Shown here: positions 37,838-50,390 of the stretch, one piece after another
Position numbering within the stretch: position 1 is the stretch's first letter
Layout of the letters: each line of letters starts with the position of its first letter
From: Mobula hypostoma
Lineage: Eukaryota
DNA length: 64,000 nucleotides
Assembly (NCBI RefSeq): GCF_963921235.1
Contig: NC_086097.1
Location: 88,352,001-88,416,000 of the forward strand
Reading direction: 5' to 3'
Program-made: the position numbers and the translations under genes
Notes under the pieces: model-generated
Told to the model about the DNA's origin: nothing
Seen by the model: the letters and a program-made list of their open reading frames with translations, nothing else
Database searches by the model: none

Positions 37838-39355
37838 GTGGTCCAAGTATTTTAAAATGTGAAGTTCGTAATGCAGTAAATAAGATGAAGAAAGGAAAGG
37901 CAGCAGTTCCTGATGAATTAGTAATAGAACAAATTAATGCCCTTGAAGATTATGGAATTTAAACACTTACTGATTCAATCAATTACATTTATGAGACTGG
38001 AAATAATACCAGAAGAGATGAGAAAAATCAGTGTTTATCATTCTTCCTAAGAAACCTGGAGAAATAGAATATGAATTACATAGGACCATAAGTTTAATGA
38101 GTCATATCACCAAGATACTGCTAAAAATTTTGATGACAAGAGCTAAAAGTAAGATACAAGCTGAAATAGGTAAAGAACAATGTGGTTTTGTGTAAGGCAA
38201 GGGTACAAGAAACGCAATATTGATGTTAAGGATACTATCAGAATGAGCTATTCAAGTGCAAATAGATTTGTTTGTTTTATCGACTACACAAAAGCATTTG
38301 ATAAAGTGAAGCACAATAAGTTATTTGAAATATTACAGAAAACTCCAGATCTAGATTCGAAAGACCCCTGCCTAATCAGAAATCTGTACTGGGAACAAAC
38401 TACCGCTGTAAGAATAGATGGAGAAGTGAGTCAGTTTACGAAAATCAAGAGAGGCTTTAGACAAGCGTGTGTTTGCTCCCCTGATTTATTTATTGTGTAC
38501 AGTGAAACAATATTACAAAAAATAAAGAGACATCTTGAGAATCAAAGTTGGTGGAAACATCAATAATTTCAGATATGCAGATGACATTGTGTTAATTGCA
38601 AGTACGGAGGAAGAACTACAGAACTTAATTGATATAGTTGTTGAAGAAAGTGCAAAAATGGGTCTATCTATCAATTGCAAAAAGACAGAATGTTTGGTGA
38701 TATCCTAAAAGAAGGAGAATCCTATCTGCGGGCTGAAGATAAATTGGGAAGACATAAAACAAGTACAGATCTTTTGCTACTTAGGAAGCTGGGTGACATC
38801 AGATGGAAGGTGCGACATGGACATCAAAAGAAGAATAGGGATGGCAAAAGACACCTTTATGAGAATGAAGAGTATACTGACCAACACTAAACTAGGCATG
38901 ACAACCCGCCTCAGAGTACTGAAATGTTACGTTTATCCAGTTATGTTATATGGCTCAGAATGTTGGACAATATCTAGTAACATGAGGAAACAAATTGAAG
39001 CAGCAGAGATGTGGTTTTTGAGGAGGATGCAGAGAATATCATGGATGAAACAAATATCTAATGAGGATGTCATGAACAGAGCAAACACAAAAAGAGAAGT
39101 AATGTATGAGATCATGAAAAGGCAACGTAACTTCATTGGACATGTTATTAGGAAAGAGGAGTTTGAATGCACAGTAATTATGGGAACGATTGAAGGGAAG
39201 AAAGCAAGAGGAAGACAAAGACAAATGATGATGGAGACAGCAGCCAGAGAACTAGAAATGAATACCATTGAATTGATCCGCTTGACCCTAAACAGGAGTG
39301 TGTGGGCCATGGCAGGCAAAGCTCAAACTGGGCACGGCACCTGATGATGATGATG
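37838..39355 (+). mobile_element. RTE-clade LINE, 5'-truncated, with 11-bp TSD
   Basis: FIDYTKAFDKVKH, YADDIVLIA, YVYPVMLYGSECWT; (TGA)n tail; AGTGGAAGCAA at 37827-37837 and 39356-39366. Confidence 0.93.
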
Positions 39356-39555
39356 AGTGGAAGCAAATTGTTCTGCCTGCTTTGCCTGTTGCTGTAACTG
39401 AAGGTAAAGTGGATGAATTCTCCTTGAATAGCAGTAAGCAGCAGCAAACTGAAATGATCCTATTCTTAGTCACAGGGTGAGATAGACAGTACAGAAACTG
39501 GCCCACTGAATCTACACTTGCCCTTCAATCAGAAATATTTATTATGTAAATCCAT

Positions 39556-40482
39556 CTGACTGTGTGGCTCGGCACATCTCAAATGCCATCTGTAAATTTG
39601 CTGCTGACGCAACCATTGTTGGCAGAATGTCAGACGCTGACAAAGGGCGTACAGGAGTGAGGTATACCAGTTAGTTGAGTGGTGTCGCAGCAACAACCTT
39701 GCACTCATCGTCAGCAAGACCAGAGAGCTAACTGAGGACTTCAGGAAGGGTAAGATGAGGCAATAGAAACTAATCCCCATTGAGAGATCAGAAGTGGAGA
39801 GAGAGAGCAATTTCAAGTTTGGTGTCAATATCTTTGAGGACCTAACCTGGACACAACATATTGATGCAGCAATTAAAAAAAAGGCAAGACTGTGGCTGTA
39901 TTTCATTAGCAGTTTGAGGAGATTTGGTTTGTCAACTAAAACACTCGAAAACTGCTACAAACGTACTGTGGAGAGTATTCTGACTGGTTGCATCATCATC
40001 TGGTGTGGGGAGGCTAAGACACAAGATCAAAATAATTTGCAGAAACTTGTAAAATTAGTCAGCTCCAGCATGGGTACTTGCCACCATAGTATTCAAAACA
40101 TCTTTAAAGAGCGGTGCATTAGGAGGTGATGTCCATCTTTAAGGATCTCCACCACCCAGGGCATGCCCTCTTCACACTGTTGTCATCGGGAAGGAGGTAC
40201 AGAAGCCTGAAGGCACACACTCAGCGATTCAGGAACAGCTTCTTCCCCTCTGTCATCCAATTTCTAAATGGATATTGAACCTGTGAACACTATCTCACAG
40301 CATTTTTATTTCTTTATTTTCTTGAACTACTTATTTTAACTTAACTATTTAATAGTTATATATATATATTTAATATAACAGGTTTTTCTCTATATTTATC
40401 ATGTATTTCATTGTACTGCTGTTGTAAAGTTAACAAATATTACAACATATGCTGGTGATACTAAATCTGATTCTGATACTTG
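39556..40482 (+). mobile_element. Rex1/Babar-like LINE, 5'-truncated, with 7-bp TSD
   Basis: KFAADAT remnant, EDLTWTQHIDAAIKKK..RL, YKRTVESILTGCI; CTGATTCTGAT tail; AATCCAT at 39549-39555 and 40483-40489. Confidence 0.88.
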
Positions 40483-42099
40483 AATCCATAATGTAATGGA
40501 GCTTTAGTAACAGAACAGACCAGGTGTCATGAGAAACTGAGGTTGCGGAATCTTTTTGGTCTTGCCAAAGTTGAAGTTTCAGGAGAGATGTGGGTAGTAA
40601 TTCCTGGCTATTCTGTAAGGAAATAAGAAAAATTGACAAACTGCTTTTTCAGATGAGTGAGATTGAAGATCTCTCTGTAGTTGACCTTTTTACCTTGTTC
40701 ACTGTTGATGACTCTTAGAGAGTTTTGCAGCAGAAAGAGAGTTGAGAATTAAATCAGAATGAAAGTGAGTTTCAGAAGCAGAGTTCAACACCCAACAAAT
40801 TTAGAGGAGGCTTTTTTGGGTGCTGAAGGTGCTGGAAATCATAAGGAATTTGCTGTATTCCTGATTAATTTGTTTTCAATAGCACAGCAGCATTTTTGAG
40901 TTGTATGAATTAATTTCCAGCTTGGGGAATTTGGATCATGTGGCGATGGGGTAACAGTGAGTATAAGAGTCTGCATGTCTACACCAGGTTGCTGTGGTCT
41001 TGGAAAGGAATCTGCAGATGGTTACAGTGGTGTTTCAATGTTCTTGCTGCTTTGTCATTCTTTGTGGCAAAGGTCATTGGTTTACGAATAGCCTAGATGA
41101 ATAATTGCAGTGTATTTTGCAAATGGTCCATATTGTGATCAAGGTTTATTAGGGTTGGAGTAACTGAATAGTTATGGTGGTGGAATTGGTAGTGATCAAA
41201 ACTTAATTAGGCATCTTTTAAATATCAATCAGTTGATCTATCAAAACTAATAATGCCATAAATTGGTCAATGAATTAAAATCACTGATTTTTTTGATTAG
41301 ACACATTTTTCAGGAGTGATAATTAGACTGTGTCAGGTCATGACTTTTAACCATCAATTAATGTATTTCATTGCAAGAATAATATGTAATTCTTTCATTC
41401 TACTTGTAGATGATGACCCCTCCTGTCAGACTGTTATTAACCTCTGCTTACCAGAGCTCTGTTAAGCTCTGTTTAAGCTCACACCCCACTATTGCACGCA
41501 TCCTGTACAATACTACCATCATTTCTTATCTGGAAGGTGTGAATGTGCACTATTACTGTATTAACTGTAATTCTTGCACAGCCATCTTAGTGTGAACTTG
41601 TAAATCTTGAAAATCTTGTGATCTTTGACTTGTAAATCTTATACATTTTGTTTTTTATTTTTCTTCTAATATTTGTATATATTTGCACTCATAATGCTAC
41701 TGTGGGATCAATAAAGTATCTATCTATCTAGAGGATTACATGTTTGTGATAATCTAGGTAAGTCTAATGGATCTCTAATTCATTTGGTTTTCATTTCGAT
41801 GCACATGTTTACAATACTGCAGAAAATTTTAACCCAGTAGCCTTGAAGATGGTTTTTAAAACGCTGTCTTTTAGTAACATAGCAATTATCTGGGGAAATG
41901 GGATTGAAGGGAATGACATGAGGGCTGATGTGAACACAATTATATGAATGGTCTGCTTCTATATTGTCAGAAAATATGAGAAATGTGGAAATACAGATGT
42001 ACTGCACTGAATCAAATATAAAACTGATCCCTGCAATCTTTACCGAGGACTAAAATAGTTATTTAACTGAGCTATTGTTGGTTTGTAGTGCTAATTAAA

Positions 42100-43198
42100 G
42101 AACAGGTAAGATAGACAAAGGAGAGTCAGTGGATGTTGTTTACTTTGATTTTCAGAAGACTTTTGACAAGGTTTCACACATGAGATTGCTTAACAAGATA
42201 AGATCCCATGGTATTACAGAAAAGATACTAGCATGGACAGAAGATTGGTTGACTGGCAGGACACAGAGTGGAAGTAAGGGGTCTTTTCTGGTTGGCTCCA
42301 CAGTTGTCAGTGTTGGGATTGCTTCTTTTCATTTGTGGCCAGGTTTGCAGATGACGTGAAGATAGGTGGAGGGGTAAATAATGTTGAGGAATCTGGGAGT
42401 CTGCAGAAGGACATAGAGAGATTGAGAGAATGGATAAAAAATACAGCGTAGGGAATTGTACGGTCATGCAATAAAGGTATAAACTATTTTCTAAGTGGGA
42501 GAACAATCAAAAATCTAAAATTCAAGGGGACTTGGGAGTCCCTGTGCGGGATTCCCTAAAAGTTAAATTGCAGTTTGAGTTGGTGGTAAGGAAGGCAAGT
42601 GTAGTGTTAGCTTTCAGTTTGAGAGGAATAGAATATAAAAGCAATGATGTAATGCTGATACTTTATAAGGCAATGGTTGAACTGCACTTGGAGTATTGTG
42701 AGCAGTTTTGGGCTTCTTTTCTCAAAAAAGATATGCTGGCATTGAAGAGGGTCCAGAGGAGGCAATCAGTATGAGAATGATTCCAGAAATAAAAGGGTTA
42801 AGGAGTATTTGATGGACCTGTACACCCTGGAGTTTAGGAGAGTGAGAGGGAGATCTCATTGAAACCTATGAAATGTTCAAAGACCTAGATACACTGGATG
42901 TGGAAAGGATGTTTCCTATTGTTGGTGAGTCTCGGAGCAACGGGCACCGCCTCAGAATTGAGCGACATCCATTTAGTGCAGAGATGAGGACAAACTTCTT
43001 CAACCAGTGAAAAGTGAATCTGAGGAATTAATTGCCTCAGATGGCTGTGGAGGCCAAGTTGGTTATATTTGAGACAGTGGTTGATAGGTTCTTGATTAGT
43101 CAAAGGTTAAGGGGTGAAGGCAAGAGAATAAGGTCAAAGGCAATAATAGATCAGCCATAATGGCATGGCGAAGCAGGTGCCTCTGTGTCTATGTCTTA
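42100..43198 (+). mobile_element. Degenerate CR1 ORF2 3' part
   Basis: DVVYFDFQKTFDKVSH, LHLEYCEQFW; tail near 43185-43198. Confidence 0.88.
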
Positions 43199-44497
43199 AA
43201 GTACAAAATCCTGAAAGTGCATACCACCAGACTAAAGGACAGGTACTCTCACTCTGTTATAAGACCATTGAAGGGTGCCCATGTACTATAAAATGAACTC
43301 TTGACCTTACAATCTGCCTCATTGTGGCCTTGCAACTTACTGTCTGACTGCACTGCTGCTTTCTCTGTTAATATACCACTCAATTCTGCATTCTCTATGG
43401 CTTTCTGTTATATTATCTCACTGCACCATTATAATGAAATGATCTATATGGATGGCATGCAAAGTGTTTGACTGTACCTTCATACGTGTGCCAGTTTACC
43501 AATTTGCCAGCCAGTGGCACAGAGGGTATGATTAGATAGTCAACTGTACTTGCAGGGACATACTACAATCATAAGCCACAGCTGGGGAGCGCAGAATCTG
43601 AAGGAATGAATTGTGTGATGGCTGCACAGGGATGGAAGATTAATCTCAGGCAGTCATATGGACCTGACCAGCCTGGTGAAGACCTGTGCTCAGAGCAGGT
43701 TTGTCCTCCTTGCTCTGGAGTCATTGAGACTCTCCACAGCCCCAGCTGGGCACATCTGGCAAGAAGTTGCCTGGAAGGTCTCTGAGTGAAGAGTGCAGTT
43801 GTGTGGCCTGTAGTGTAATCAAATTGCTGTGCCTGCTCTTCCTGTCTCTGTGGCTGAAGGTAAAGTGGATGAATTCTCCTTGATTAGCAGTGAGCCCCAG
43901 CAACCTGTAATGATCTTATTCTCAGTCACAGGGTGAGATATACAGTACTGAATCTGCAGCCCCTACAATCAGCGATCAGCACCAATCCTACATTAATCTC
44001 ATTTAATGTAGCTCTAGGATTATTCCTATTGTAAATTTATATGTGAATCCATAATGTAGTGCAGTTCTACGAGCAAAATAGACCAGGTGTCATGAAAGAC
44101 GGTGAGGTTGCAGAATCTCGTTGGTCTTGCCGAAGACAAAGTTTCAGGTGAAATGTGGGTGGTAATACCTGGGAAAAAAAGGAAATAAGAAAAATGAAAA
44201 ACTGATCTTTCAGATGAGTGAGATTGAAAATCTCTCTGTAGTTGAACTTTTTACTTTGTATCACTGTTGATGACATTTAGGAGAGTTTTGCAGCAGAAAA
44301 GGAGTTGGGAATTACATCAGAATGGAAATGAGTTTCAGAAGCAAAGTTCAACACCCAGCAGATTTAGAGGAGGCTTTCCTGGGTGCTGAAGGTGCAAGAA
44401 ATCATGAGGAATTTGCTGTATTTCTAGTTAATTTATTTTCAATAGCACAGCAGCATTTTTGTTCAGAAAGTTAGATTAAAAAATCTTTCTTTAGTTG

Positions 44498-44658
44498 AAG
44501 CAACACACACTATAAATGCTGGTGAGCGCAGAAGGGTCTCGGCCCGAAACGTCAACTTTACCTCTTCTTATAGATGCTGCCTGGCCTGCTGCGTTCACCA
44601 GCATTTTTTGTGTGTGTTGCTTGAATTTCCAGCATCTGCAGATTTCCTCGTGTTTGCG
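44498..44658. mobile_element. Miniature inverted PLE remnant (~34-bp minus arm plus ~128-bp plus arm)
   Basis: aagcaacacac...gctggtgagcgcag is the reverse complement of 44589-44622. The plus arm starts inside the hammerhead (gaagggtctcggcccgaaacgtc). Flanked by TAGTTGAA on both sides. Confidence 0.85.
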
Positions 44659-45611
44659 TCTCTGTAGTTGAATTTTTTTTCCTTGTGTTGCTGTTGATGT
44701 TATTTAGGACAGTTTTGCAGCTGAAAGAGCTGAGAATCAAATCAGATTGGAAATGAGTTTCAGAAGCAAAGTTAGATGAAGCTTTTTTTTGGGTGCTAAA
44801 GGTCCTAGAAATTGTGTATGACTTGCATGTATTTTTGGTTAATTTGTTTTCAATAGCACAGCAGCATTTTTGTTTGAGACGTATGAATGAATTTCTAGCT
44901 TAGAGAATTTGGATCATTCGATGATGGAGTAACAGTGAGTGTAAGAGTCTAGATGTCTGCATCAGGATGCTGTGGTCTTGGAAAGGAACCTGCAGACTGT
45001 GATGGTGGTGTTTCCATGCTCCTGATTTGTCATTCTTTGTGGGAAAGGGTCATTGGTTTCGGGATAGCCTGAGCATTAGTTACTTAATTGAGCTATTGTT
45101 AGTTCGTAGTGCTAATTAAGAAGCAGGCAAGATAGATGAAGGAGAGTCAGTGGATGTTGTTTACTTGGATTTTCAGAAGGCCTTTGACAAGGTGTCACAC
45201 ATGAGATTTCTTAACAGAATAAGAGTCCATGGTATTACAGAAAAGATACTAGAATGGATAGAAAATTGGCTGACTGGCAAGAGGCAAAGTGTGGAAATAT
45301 AGGGGGCCTTCTCCGGTTGGCTGCTGCGGTGTTTGGTGTTGGGACCACTTCTTTTCACATCATATGTGAATGATTTGGATGATGGGATTCTGGCCCAGTT
45401 TGCAGGCAATACAAAGATATGTGGAGGGACAAGTAGCATTGAAGAAACTGGGAGTCTACTGAAGGACTTGGACAAGTTGGGAGAATGGGTAAAGGAATAA
45501 CTGATGAAATATTGTGTAGGGAAGTGTATGGTCATGTTCTTTGGTGGAAGGAATAAGCGATTTTCTAAATGTCTATGAAGGTTCTGAATTATTCAGGTCA
45601 TTATATATCCT

Positions 45612-48115
45612 GCTTTTCTTTCTTTTTAAATCTTTTTATTAATTTCAAAATTATAAACACAGTAACAATGTTGTGTTACGTACCCCGTAACTGGGTTGCC
45701 AAACCAGCAGAAATGGAACACTTGTTGGAGTCTGGATTACTAGGAACTAATAAAGTTTTATTAAAGAACTAAGTAATACGGTACTCGAATCGTAAGGATA
45801 TAAATGTGACAGGTTAGCAATGATAATACACACATGTACACAGAACTAGGGTAATAGGAATCAACCAAGCTCTATCGCAGTCTAGGGGTAAAATGGTCAG
45901 TCTTAAGTGACACAGAGTTCAGTTCAGTTTAGTGCAGTTCGCAGTAATCGCTGTTGTGGTACCACTGGGGGGGGGGAGGGAGGGAGAGAGAGAGAGAGAG
46001 AGAGAGATAGATATATGCAGTTTGGATCAGGCAGACCTTTGATGTCTTTGCAGTTGGTTTCGGGCCGACCTTTTTATGTCTTCTATCCCGCTGTGGTCAC
46101 TGACTGTGACCCCTCCGTTCCGGATACGATCGTTCTTCTGCGGTGAACCCGGCACCCAGGCAAGGATGGACACACACCCCAGGTTCCCACCAATCGTACC
46201 TTTACACCCTGTGAGCCTCTGGTTGGTTCCCACGAACGGGGCCTCCAAACTCCCACGACTTGTGGGGGCACACCGCTCTTTCCAGGGTCTCGTTGACTCG
46301 TGGTGTCGTGGTGTGTCGCGTGCCTTAGCAAGCCTGCTGTTTTTATCCCCCTGCTGGGGTATCACCTGTCCATCAAACTTCAAACAGTTCAGGTTCAAAG
46401 TAACCGGTCTGTCAATATTCTGAATTGTGTTTCTTTTCCATGAATCCCTCTCTTCTCTCTTATCAGCATTTTGAATGTTTCTCCATTGTCTCTCTTATCT
46501 CTCTCATTAGCATCCATCGTTTGATAGCTTTGTTTGGCGTCACAGTTGATACAAAGAGATTGGAATAATCTTAATAAATATATACCAAAAAGATTTCAAA
46601 TAACATAGGTATAATAGACTTCCAAACTCATAATGAAATTAGTCATAAAGAGAAAAAAGACATAAAAAGAAAAAATATATACATAAACAAAGAAAAACCC
46701 CCAAAAGAAAAAAAAACTGAATACTACACCCAAAAAAAAAAGCAAACAGAACAAAACAGGGCTAGACCAATATCTTGAATCAGACACATTCAGTAATGTC
46801 ATCAACTCCGCTCCTCTATTCGTATATTTTAAGTTAATAAAGAAGATTCAGAAAGGTCAAATTACATCATATGAAAATGTTGCATAAAAGGTTTCCAAGT
46901 TTCTTCAAATTTAACTGAAGGATCAAAAATATCACTTCTAATTTTTTCAAAATTTATACTTGATATAGTTTGAGAAAACCATTGGAATGTAGTAGGACGA
47001 TTGGTTTCCTTCCAGTTCAATAAAATAGATCTTCTGGCCATTAATGCAACAAATGCTATCATCCAACAGGCTGAAGAAGACAAAGATCTATGTTCTACCA
47101 TTGGCAATCCAAAAATTGCTGTAATAGGATAGGGTTGTAAATCAAAACATAGAACTGTTGAAATAATATCAAAATATCTTTCCAATATTTTTCCAAAAGA
47201 GGACAGGACCGAAACATATGAGTTAAAGAAGCCACCTCAGAGTGACATCTATCACAAATAGGGTTTATATAGGAATAAAAACAGGCTAATTTATCTTTAG
47301 ACATATGGGCTCTATGCACTACTTTAAATTGTATTAATGTATGTTTAGCACATATAGAAGAAGTACTAACTAATTGAAAAATTTTATCCCATTTCTCTAT
47401 AGGTAGACAAAGTTGAAGTTCCCTTTCCCATTCATTTTTAATTTTATCAGATATACCTGGCTGTAATTTCATAATGATATCATAGATAACTGCTATCAAT
47501 CCCTTCTGAAAAGAATTTAAACCTAAAATTTTATCAATGATATCAGTAGGATATGAAGTCGGAAGGGTAGGCAACGTAGTATTTAAAAAATTTCTTGTTT
47601 GTAAGTATCTGAAAAAAATGGGATCTAGGCATATCAAATTTCTTAGATAACTGCTCAAAAGACTTAAAGCAGTTATCCAGAAATAAGTCACGAAAACATG
47701 TTATACCTTTCGTTTTCCTTATCAAAAAGGCTTGGTCCATAACCAAGGGTTGAAAAAAGAAATTAGATATAATAGGAGTTGATAACATAAATTCGTTCAG
47801 GCCAAAAAATTTACGAAATTGAAACCATATTCGCAATGTATGTTTAACTATAGGGTTAAACATTTGTTTATTCAATTCAGATAGTACAAAAGGAAGTGAA
47901 CTTCCTAAAATGGAAGCTAAAGAGAACCCCTGTACAGTGTAGTCTTCAAGGTTTACCCAATGTGGGCTTGGAGTTATATTCCAATCTTGTGTCCAAAATA
48001 TTAAATATCGAATATTAATTGCCCAATAATAAAATCTTAGGTTGGGCAATGCCAAACCACCATCTTGGATTTCTGTAAATATTTTTTACTTAATCTGGGA
48101 CTTTTGTTTTGCCAT
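45612..48115 (-). mobile_element. L1-clade LINE 3' fragment interrupted by a solo LTR
   Basis: GLALPNLRFYYWA, QFKVVHRAH, CDRC...LTHMF.SCP on the minus strand; AATAAA and GAAA-type tail at ~45612-45640. Confidence 0.9.
45674..46544 (-). mobile_element. Solo LTR (871 bp) with 4-bp TSD
   Basis: TGTTACG...CGTCACA termini; GTTG at 45670-45673 and 46545-46548. Orientation inferred from a minus-strand AATAAA near 45757-45762; internal (GA)n at 45984-46007. Confidence 0.9.
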
Positions 48116-49499
48116 GTTCCAGGTAGTTTTCAGGCTTCTAAATTCTGTGAGTTATTTATAAGTATAGCAATCACATGAGGGTAATGAGAGGGTCATTCGT
48201 CTTATCTTTGCAGGAATAGAGGCGAGGAGATGCCGAGGTAGAGATGTTAGGACCTTTATGATTCTTAATAACCCACAAGTCCAGTTGCCTTGATTTACTA
48301 CTACCTAATATTTTCTAAATGGGCAGAAAATTAAAAAAAAATCAGAGGCTCAAAGGGACTTGGGCATCCCTGTGCAGAATTTCCTAAAAGTTAACTTGCA
48401 GGTCAAGTTGGTGGTAAGGAAGATAAATGCAATGTTAGCATTCATTTCGAGAGGACTAGAATACAAGAGTTAGGATATAATGTTGAGGCTTTATAAGGAA
48501 TGGATCAGACCACATTTGGAGTATATGAGCAGTTTTGGGCCCCCTTTTCAAGGAAAAAAATTGCTGGCATTGGAGAGGGTCCAGAGAAGGTTCATGAGAA
48601 TGATTCCTGGAATAAAAGGATTAATATAAGAGTAGCATTTTGTATCTCTGGATCTGTACTCAATAAAATTTGGAAAAATGAAGGGGGATCTCTTTGAGAC
48701 CTATCAAATATAAAAAGCTCTGAATATAATGGATGTAGGGAGGATGTTTCCTACAGTGGGGGATTGTAGGACCAGGTAGCATGGCCTCGGACTAGAGGGA
48801 CGTCAATTTAGTACAGAGATGAGGACGAATTTCTTTAGATACAGGGTGATGATATGTGAAATTCATTGCCAGAGACAGCTGTGGAGGGCAATTCATTTGA
48901 TTTATTTAAAGTGGAAGTTGATAGGGTGTCAAAGGTTACAGGGAGAAGGCAGGGGAATGAGGTTGAGAGGGATAATAAATCAGCCGTGATGGAATGGCAG
49001 AGCAGACTCGATGGTCTGTTAGCCTAATTCTCTTCCTCTATCTTAAGTTCTTATGGTGTAACTCAAGGCATTATACAGTTTATTCCAATCAATCGATTTT
49101 GCCTTGACATTTTGCAGCAGCTCCAGTGTTGGGTGAGTTTCATAATCCTTTAGTGATTGATATGAACTGTGGTGAGGAATGATTTTGGATGATTGATCTG
49201 ATGCCAGAATGGCATTTTATATCTAGCACTGCTTTTTATTGAAGTCAGGAAGTCTGCTTCACTCGGATCACTGTTTCATGATCTTGCATTAAGTACAGTT
49301 AGGCAGTTTAAATCCTAGATAGTGTGATGCATAAATTCAGAAGCTTAGCAGCCTTCTAAGCTCTTGTATAACAGACAGGAAATAACTGTCAAAGCAACAT
49401 TTGTCCAACTCTGGTATCAAAGGGTTTTTTTAACCTGAAGTCTCTGGGCACCAAAATTGCGTCATAGCTTAAAAAAAATAAGGTGCTCATGATTGTTGG

Positions 49500-50390
49500 A
49501 GGCTGATATTTTCAGGCCCAGAACATGAATACTGGAGCTCTGCAGCCCTAGACCCAACCGTCATCAGTTGCATCATCAATGACCTCACTTCAGTTATAAG
49601 GTCAGAACAGGAGATGTTCATGATAGTAGGATGAGAGGAAAATGTTCAATATCATTTGTAAGTTCTCAGTGAAGCAGCCTATTCCGACATCTGAGAACAC
49701 CTGAGCAACAGTCAGGCATGAGCTGATAAGTAGCAAGTAACACTTCTGCCAACCAATGTGTATCTCCAATACAAGAATCCAGCTTCCTAACTTTATATTC
49801 ATTTAGTGGTATTTCCATCTCACCCCCTGCCATTAACATCCTGGGCATCACCATTACCAAAAATTCAACAGGATCAGCCATGTAAATACCATGCCTTTCT
49901 GTGCTGATCAGGGGTTAAGTTTCACCATCTCTCTACTTCTACTATCTACCAGGCACATCAGGAGGGTGATGTTAAGGTCAGTCCCAAAACATTTGAGATC
50001 CTGAACGCTATTGAAGACAAAGCAACCAGATTGATTAGCACTTCTTCAACTCTCCTGAACATTACTCCTCTACCATCAGTCCAAAGCGGCCTTCTATAGA
50101 AAGGGCAATGATTACTTGTCTAGCTACTCCAACAGCAGCTCATAACCCTGCAATGTCTTTAGTTGCATTGGAATACCAGCGTCTGTGGATTCCATTACAA
50201 TTTTTTTATTATCTGAATTGGAAGCAACCTTTTTTAGTTGTAGGTCTGAATCATGGAACTCTTGGAGTGTCTTTATCAGAAGGACTGCTGTAGTTAAAAA
50301 AAAATGACTCACTATCAGTTTCCTCAAGGCATTTAGGATTGGGCAATAATGCTGGCTTTGCCATTGATCCCCAGGTCCTGAAAGAAGAGT
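49500..50390 (+). mobile_element. Old CR1/L2-group LINE 3' fragment
   Basis: Decayed RT segment (…CIINDL.SVIRSE…) and 3' end ggcatttaggattgggcaataatgctggc. Confidence 0.6.

Larger units (their letters stand above)
37066..49038 (+). repeat. Tandem segmental duplication: copy A ~37066-43050, copy B ~43050-49038
   Basis: Collinear blocks including non-TE sequence: 37560-37837 vs 43548-43822, 39356-39530 vs 43812-43970, 40483-41095 vs 44045-45070, 42055 onward vs 45076 onward. Confidence 0.88.
45120..49038 (+). mobile_element. CR1 ORF2 3' part (paralogue of 42100-43198) split by a 2.7-kb insert at 45572-48309
   Basis: CR1 RT at 45120-45571 resumes at 48310; ATTTTCTAAATG at 45560-45571 and 48310-48321. 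Confidence 0.85.

Noticed and set aside
48116..48309. Mitochondrial insertion (NUMT)
   Set aside because: I could not recognise any mitochondrial gene or RNA in either strand.
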